From positions 1,152,001-1,216,000 of the forward strand of contig CAWBMP010000004.1 in the NCBI GenBank assembly GCA_963790025.1: a DNA stretch of 64,000 nt, in the 5' to 3' direction. How positions within the stretch are numbered: the first letter of the stretch is position 1; every line of letters starts with the position of its first letter. The translations under genes and the position numbers were made by a program. The notes below the pieces were generated by a model, which ran no database searches, was not told where the DNA came from, and worked only from the letters and a program-made list of their open reading frames with translations. The DNA is from Nitrospirota bacterium. Lineage in GTDB: Bacteria > Nitrospirota > Thermodesulfovibrionia > Thermodesulfovibrionales > Dissulfurispiraceae. Below are positions 58,666 through 64,000 of this stretch, in pieces.

Positions 58666-59966
58666 GGATTTATTTTTTATGCATACATCCTTATGACAAA
58701 CCATGTACATTTACTCATTGAGACCCCCAAAGCGCCTTTATCAAAGATAATGCAACTTATAAATTTCACATACACAAAGTATTTTAATAAGAAATACAAT
58801 AAAGTCGGGCATCTTTTTCAGGGCAGGTATAAGTCTTTTCTGTGTGACCGGGACGAATATCTTTTAGGGCTGCTCAGATATATACATCTGAATCCGGTAC
58901 GTGCAGGAATAGTAAGCAGACCGGAGGCTTACAAATGGAGCAGTCATAATCAATACTTAAAGGAAGGTAATGGGATAGTTGACGCTGACAGGGTATTAAG
59001 GCTTTTTTCGGAGAAAGTATCAGAAGCTAGGAAGCGATACAGAGGTTTTGTAAAAGAGGCGATAGGAGCTGAAAGAGAGGACTCTTTTTACGAGGCTGTA
59101 GATCAGCAGATAGTAGGAGGCGATAAGTTTTTAGAAATAATAGAAGATAAAATTGATGAATTGGACAGGCCGATAAGAAAGCTTACCTTGAAAAAGGCCA
59201 TAAAGGCAGTAGAGGAAGTGACAGGCGTACTTTGGGATGGGATAAGCTCCCGAAGCAGGAGGAAGGAAGTAATATTTGCGCGAGGATTATTAGTTGGGGT
59301 ATGGAGAGAGGCGGGGCATCGGATGGTGAACTTACAGCCCCAACTGAGGAGGGACTTATCAGTGCTATCAAGATTGTCAAAAATCGCAGAGAGTGAAAGA
59401 GGACGAAAAGCCATGAAACAAATATTTGACATGCTAAATGCATGAACGCAAGCCTGACCCCAGCAATCCCCAGAAGGAAAGTCTTACAATGGAAACAATC
59501 GGCTAAAGTGCATATTTCTGTGAGCAAGTCATTAACTGCCGAACTCGGAAAGAACGTGTGAAAATCAGCGCGTGAATAGCCTATAGAAATGATTGTCTTC
59601 AAGATGGCCGGGGTTGGAACGCATCCACCTGCTACTCCTCCATACTGCAAATAATATTGAATGAAGAGTTCCGATACAATGCGTCAAATTCTGGTTATGG
59701 CTAGTATTTCAAAAAGTAGCACCTTTCAGCAATCTTCCGACATTAGCATCTCCTTGATCGTAAAGAGTTAAATCAGTTCGGGTGAAGTGGTTACATTCAG
59801 CAGCTATACCAAAAGGGAACAATGAGCAACAAAAGTTGACAATACGGCAAGCAAAATTGTAAATTACTTCGTTTTGAAAACGATATGCATAAAAGTGTTT
59901 TTGCATTTCATCTAAAATTACTAGTCTGTATTTAGATAAATATATAAATGAAGATGGAGGGTTCAA

Positions 59967-60803
59967 GTGAAAAAACGCGTGTTGCTTCTTGTACTCATGG
60001 TACTGTTATCTAGTGGTATTGCGTATTCGGCAGATAGCACTGCACCTTCACAGACTTCCGGTGCCGGCAATTACGGTTTTTTCGTGAACCTTGGGTATGA
60101 CGGCAGCTACCTTGAATCCAAGTATTATTTGAGAAACGGAGCATATAATGGTAAGCTCAATGGCTGGCTTAACGGCATAGACGTTGAAGCACGCTATGAA
60201 ACGATAGAACTTTGGACTCGAGGTCGTTTTGAGTACAGCGGGTCCAGCGACGTCAAACTCACTTCTCCTTCAGGTGCAATATCCTATCCTGGCAATGAGA
60301 ATTTTTACAGGTATGAGCTCGCATTAGGCTATAAGGTCTTAAATCTCGGATCTTCTACCCTTACACCCTACGTAGGCTATGGGCACAGAAGAAATAATAA
60401 TGATAATGGTTCCTCTGCAGTAAGACAATTTTTTTACAGGTGGGATTATGTTCCCGTCGGATTGAACTATGTGTACAGTTTTAAGGGCTGGTCGCTAGGT
60501 GCTGATGCTGCACTGCAAGTACCCTTCAGTATATCGGCGCATGCCATCGACACGACTGGGTCAAAAGGTTCAGCTGATGTTCGTTCCGGAATAGGCGTCA
60601 AAGCCGAAGTACCGATAACTGTAGACATTTATAAGCCAAAGGCGACAGATAGACTCAAAGTACTCGGACTTTTCATTCCCTATTATCAATACTGGCGACA
60701 AGAAGCAAGTGATACCATAAATACAAACATCACTCATGGTTATCTCACTAAAGTGAGGACAAACGTATTTGGGTTTAAAATCGGCGCAGGTCTCAATTTC
60801 TAA
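59967..60803 (+). CDS. Outer-membrane beta-barrel protein
   Basis: Sec signal (…IAYS), alternating aromatic beta-strands, TPYVGYG, terminal GAGLNF; GGAGG RBS. Confidence 0.78.
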   Translation: MKKRVLLLVLMVLLSSGIAYSADSTAPSQTSGAGNYGFFVNLGYDGSYLESKYYLRNGAYNGKLNGWLNGIDVEARYETIELWTRGRFEYSGSSDVKLTSPSGAISYPGNENFYRYELALGYKVLNLGSSTLTPYVGYGHRRNNNDNGSSAVRQFFYRWDYVPVGLNYVYSFKGWSLGADAALQVPFSISAHAIDTTGSKGSADVRSGIGVKAEVPITVDIYKPKATDRLKVLGLFIPYYQYWRQEASDTINTNITHGYLTKVRTNVFGFKIGAGLNF

Positions 60804-60821
60804 TGAGCACGGTATAGCCTT

Positions 60822-60854
60822 CAAAAAGGGCAGAGAATGACTCTGCCCTTTTTG
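60822..60854. terminator. Bidirectional intrinsic terminator
   Basis: CAAAAAGGGCAGAG-AATGA-CTCTGCCCTTTTTG. Confidence 0.85.
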
Positions 60855-61036
60855 TGTTATTTGAGAACAAGTTCTTTCTCTGCACTGGGCGGTATTAATC
60901 TTTCGTCAGCTTACAAATGTAGGTGCAGACTTGATATGAACCCTGAGTATTTCCACTCGTACTCCGCAGCATATTCAGGATAGCCTCCAATGCGTGTTCC
61001 TGTGAGGACTTTTACATTGAGATAACAATAAAGATG

Positions 61037-61558
61037 TTAATCTGATGAATAAACCTTGAGGGCACTCCTCCACAAGTCGTCCTCTTCCCCGACTAACTCC
61101 CTGAGGTCGCGTCTGATTATTGCTTCGGAATTGTTTGTCTTTCGTATTCGTTCTGCTTTCTGGGTCAACTCGTTCGGTATATGACCCGATTTCTTCATCT
61201 TCTCTATTATGCTTCCGGTATCCTTTTCATAGCAGTTGTCAAATCGTATCTTCCTTACAAAAATAATTCTGCCGTGCATGCACATATGAGGTTCTATAAT
61301 CTCTCTGGACCTATTGAAACATCTCTGGGCATGTTCTGCCAGTTTGTCTGCTTCAGCGTTATCCTTGACAAGATTGTTATAGTCAACGATCAGTCCCCAA
61401 TTCTGGGACGGCAGCAGATATCGCTCAATGATTCTGATGGCAGATCCGATTCTATTAATGGAAAATGGGTCCTTATTGTCTGGATAAAATCTGCCCTCTG
61501 GGAGGCCGTCTGAAGGACACCTTCCAAGATACAAGACAAGTTCGCAATAGTTAGCCAT
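61037..61558 (-). CDS. Hypothetical protein
   Basis: Open frame of ~173 aa; no recognised motif; start uncertain. Confidence 0.5.
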   Translation of the reverse strand: MANYCELVLYLGRCPSDGLPEGRFYPDNKDPFSINRIGSAIRIIERYLLPSQNWGLIVDYNNLVKDNAEADKLAEHAQRCFNRSREIIEPHMCMHGRIIFVRKIRFDNCYEKDTGSIIEKMKKSGHIPNELTQKAERIRKTNNSEAIIRRDLRELVGEEDDLWRSALKVYSSD

Positions 61559-61771
61559 GAAGTTATAAGGCAAATCCAAATGTATAACGTATAAAGTTAT
61601 TATCAAAAAAGTCAGGCTACTTTTATCATATCACTTACCAAAATAATCCGTTACTTTTCATGAAATCTGGTGCGAGCAGAGTTCTTTGAGAAATGTTTCG
61701 ACTTCATCTTTAGCTCATTCCCTTATTCTTTAAGACTTAGCTTAATTTGACGTTGGATTTCGTATGGCTAA

Positions 61772-63064
61772 TCAAACCTTCCAGTTTTCCCTATCCATGG
61801 CAACTTTTTTAATATAGTCCCTTATCCATCCGCCGATAGCCCGTGAAAGATAAAAAGCGGGGTAAAGCAGGTCCTCACCTTTTTTGATCATCCCTTCTTT
61901 TTTGGCTATTGATTCGAGATCAGTTCCCGGATATATTCGTATTCCTGCTTTCAGAGTTACGAGATCGGGAGAAAGTTCCTCCACGAATTCTATGCTCCTG
62001 GTGACTGTCTCCTTTGTTTCTCCCGGCCCTCCGAACAGGAGAAAACATCCATACTTGATGCCATTGGCCCTCGCAAGCCTCGCAGCTTTTCTCACATTGT
62101 CGAGCGTGAAACCTTTCCGCAGGTTCTTTAGCATAAGTTCGTGGCCCGATTCATTACCAAGACTCATAAACCGGCAACCGGACTTTTCCATCAACTCGAA
62201 AAGTTCCTCATCGCCGAATGCGGGGTTAAGGATAGTCTGCCAGCTTATATTAAGGTTCTGCACTATAATTTCCCTGCAGAAATCCTTAGCTTGGGAGAGG
62301 GGGAAGTTAAAGATATTATCTACGACATAAAAGCGCCGGATATTTTTTTCTCTGTTCAGTGATACCATTTCACTGACGGACCCGTGCAGGTCCCGAGAGC
62401 GGCATTTTTTTCCTTCAAGCAACGGAGTTGAACAGTAGATGCATTTCATATGGCAGCCCCGTTTGGTCTGAACGGTTATCCCGCCCGGCAGTTCCGTCTT
62501 CGCCTCATGATAGGCTGTCGCATCGAAATCGGCGTATGCGGGAGATGACCACTGCTCAGGACGGGAAAGATATGTTGGACTATTCACTATAATTTGACCA
62601 TTCTTCCTCCAAACCGCGCCAGGAACTTTGTCGAAACTGCCATCCCGCATGGCATCGAGAAGCATGGGTAACGCCTCTTCTCCCTCTCCAAAAATACCGA
62701 TGTCGGCGCCAAGGAAGCGAAGGCAGCCGGAAGGATGTATATTAAATCCTGATCCACCCACTATGACAGGGGCGCTGCTCTGCGTACGAATTTCCGAAAC
62801 GACGTCGAGACTGCTGTGCAGATAAAAGACCGGATTACCCATGTCTTGGTTGTCGATATTTCTGATGGACAGCCCGACAACATGGGGACTAAAATCATTC
62901 AGGATGGAGCGCAATTCATTCTTCCAGTCTTCGAGAAACATAAGGTCGACCACCATCACCTCATGACCGGTACGCCTCAGAGCTCCGGCAATAAATGCGA
63001 GCCCAAGGGGAAACGGAGCAGTAAGGTCCATGATTCTGTTTTCGGATATAAGAAGTACTTTCAT
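61772..63064 (-). CDS. Cobalamin-binding radical SAM protein
   Basis: PLGLAFIA, VGLSIRNID, GEGE B12-binding domain; RGCHMKCIYC CxxxCxxC motif; start re-called to MKVLLIS. Confidence 0.9.
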   Translation of the reverse strand: MKVLLISENRIMDLTAPFPLGLAFIAGALRRTGHEVMVVDLMFLEDWKNELRSILNDFSPHVVGLSIRNIDNQDMGNPVFYLHSSLDVVSEIRTQSSAPVIVGGSGFNIHPSGCLRFLGADIGIFGEGEEALPMLLDAMRDGSFDKVPGAVWRKNGQIIVNSPTYLSRPEQWSSPAYADFDATAYHEAKTELPGGITVQTKRGCHMKCIYCSTPLLEGKKCRSRDLHGSVSEMVSLNREKNIRRFYVVDNIFNFPLSQAKDFCREIIVQNLNISWQTILNPAFGDEELFELMEKSGCRFMSLGNESGHELMLKNLRKGFTLDNVRKAARLARANGIKYGCFLLFGGPGETKETVTRSIEFVEELSPDLVTLKAGIRIYPGTDLESIAKKEGMIKKGEDLLYPAFYLSRAIGGWIRDYIKKVAMDRENWKV

Positions 63065-63128
63065 GTTTCTATTATAATAAAACAATTGTAATCCAGACGT
63101 ATGAAGGAAACAATGTGGTTGAAACAAT

Positions 63129-64000
63129 GGGGTCAGGCTTGCATACGTGCATTTAAGTGTGCCATATTTTGGCATCATGGCAAGGCCGCCACGCATAGAA
63201 TTTCCCGGAGCATTTTATCATGTAATAGTCCGTGGCAATCGGAAGCAGGACATTTTTATAGATGAACAAGATAGGCTTGAGTATCTTGAGCGCATAAAAC
63301 GTTATAAAGAAAAATGCGGATTTATTTTTTATGCATACATCCTTATGACAAACCATGTACATTTACTCATTGAGACCCCCAAAGCGCCTTTATCAAAGAT
63401 AATGCAACTTATAAATTTCACATACACAAAGTATTTTAATAAGAAATACAATAAGGTCGGGCATCTTTTTGGGGGCAGGTATAAGTCTTTTCTGTGTGAC
63501 CGGGACGAATATCTTTTAGGGCTGCTCAGATATATACATCTGAATCCGGTACGTGCAGGAATAGTAAGCAGACCGGAGGCTTACAAATGGAGCAGTCATA
63601 ATCAATACTTAAAGGAAGGTAATGGGATAGTTGACGCTGACAGGGTATTAAGGCTTTTTTCGGAGAAAGTATCAGAAGCTAGGAAGCGATACAGAGGTTT
63701 TGTAAAAGAGGCGATAGGAGCTGAAAGAGAGGACTCTTTTTACGAGGCTGTAGATCAGCAGATAGTAGGAGGCGATAAGTTTTTAGAAATAATAGAAGAT
63801 AAAATTGATGAATTGGACAGGCCGATAAGAAAGCTTACCTTGAAAAAGGCCATAAAGGCAGTAGAGGAAGTGACAGGCGTACTTTGGGATGGGATAAGCT
63901 CCCGAAGCAGGAGGAAGGAAGTAATATTTGCGCGAGGATTATTAGTTGGGGTATGGAGAGAGGCGGGGCATCGGATGGTGAACTTACAGCCCCAACTGAG
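63129..64000 (+). mobile_element. RAYT-like HUH/Y1 transposase element, copy 2 (runs off window end)
   Basis: Same left TIR as 57016; near-identical sequence without the IS insertion. Confidence 0.92.
63177..64000 (+). CDS. HUH/Y1 (RAYT/IS200-like) transposase, partial; predicted 306 aa
   Basis: MARPPRIEFPGAFYHVIVRGN...MTNHVHLL...YIHLNPVRAG; open to the window end, so absent from the ORF track. Confidence 0.9.
   Translation, partial: MARPPRIEFPGAFYHVIVRGNRKQDIFIDEQDRLEYLERIKRYKEKCGFIFYAYILMTNHVHLLIETPKAPLSKIMQLINFTYTKYFNKKYNKVGHLFGGRYKSFLCDRDEYLLGLLRYIHLNPVRAGIVSRPEAYKWSSHNQYLKEGNGIVDADRVLRLFSEKVSEARKRYRGFVKEAIGAEREDSFYEAVDQQIVGGDKFLEIIEDKIDELDRPIRKLTLKKAIKAVEEVTGVLWDGISSRSRRKEVIFARGLLVGVWREAGHRMVNLQPQL

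Larger units (their letters stand above)
57064..59445 (+). pseudogene. Y1 transposase pseudogene (start ATG mutated to ATA; split by an IS)
   Basis: ARPPRIEFPGAFYHVIVRGN.../...LMTNHVHLL (HUH), GHLFQGRYKS, YIHLNPVRAG, C-terminal DnaA-IV-like HTH; the 58660-59445 ORF is its 3' part. Confidence 0.88.
57016..59461 (+). mobile_element. RAYT-like HUH/Y1 transposase element, copy 1 (inactivated; ~985 bp excluding the nested IS)
   Basis: 27-bp imperfect TIRs GGGGTCAGGCTTGCATACGTGCATTTA / TAAATGCATGAACGCAAGCCTGACCCC; near-identical to the copy starting at 63129. Confidence 0.9.

Overview
Bacterial chromosomal window, most likely Nitrospirota (Thermodesulfovibrionia-like); this is inferred from protein similarity and gene order, not from a search. 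Order: guaA(partial)-guaB, SurA-N, Nudix, hfq; a proteostasis block (FmdB zinc ribbon, clpS-clpA-aat, smpB-ssrA); a 722-bp integrase-less islet at the tmRNA 3' end carrying only a RelE-type toxin-antitoxin pair; Pat-type and GNAT acetyltransferases, sodC, a MacAB-like ABC exporter and an ECF sigma/anti-sigma/Spy-like trio; a type IV pilus locus (pilC, pilR, pilS, sigma54-driven pilA). pilA is followed directly by a DUF2723/TMEM260-like GT-C glycosyltransferase, a polyprenol-phosphate sugar synthase and a mosaic glycan cluster, a candidate pilin O-glycosylation system. Then bamA-skp-lpxD-fabZ-lpxA-lpxI, a lipoate ligase, HD/CooT/DUF3842/serS, fliK (123-bp internal duplication), an FlhB-C-like gene, endonuclease III and PIN-PhoH. 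The last ~10 kb is an accessory hotspot. It holds three same-orientation copies (one remnant, one interrupted by an IS1202-type element with a 16-bp target duplication, one apparently intact) of a ~985-bp HUH/Y1 (RAYT-like) transposase element with terminal inverted repeats. Between the copies lie a HEPN/AbiU2-like gene, a Schlafen/AlbA gene, a beta-barrel gene and a B12 radical SAM gene. Many intergenic spacers contain imperfect inverted repeats with 7-nt periodicity. No CRISPR array, tRNA or rRNA gene was seen.
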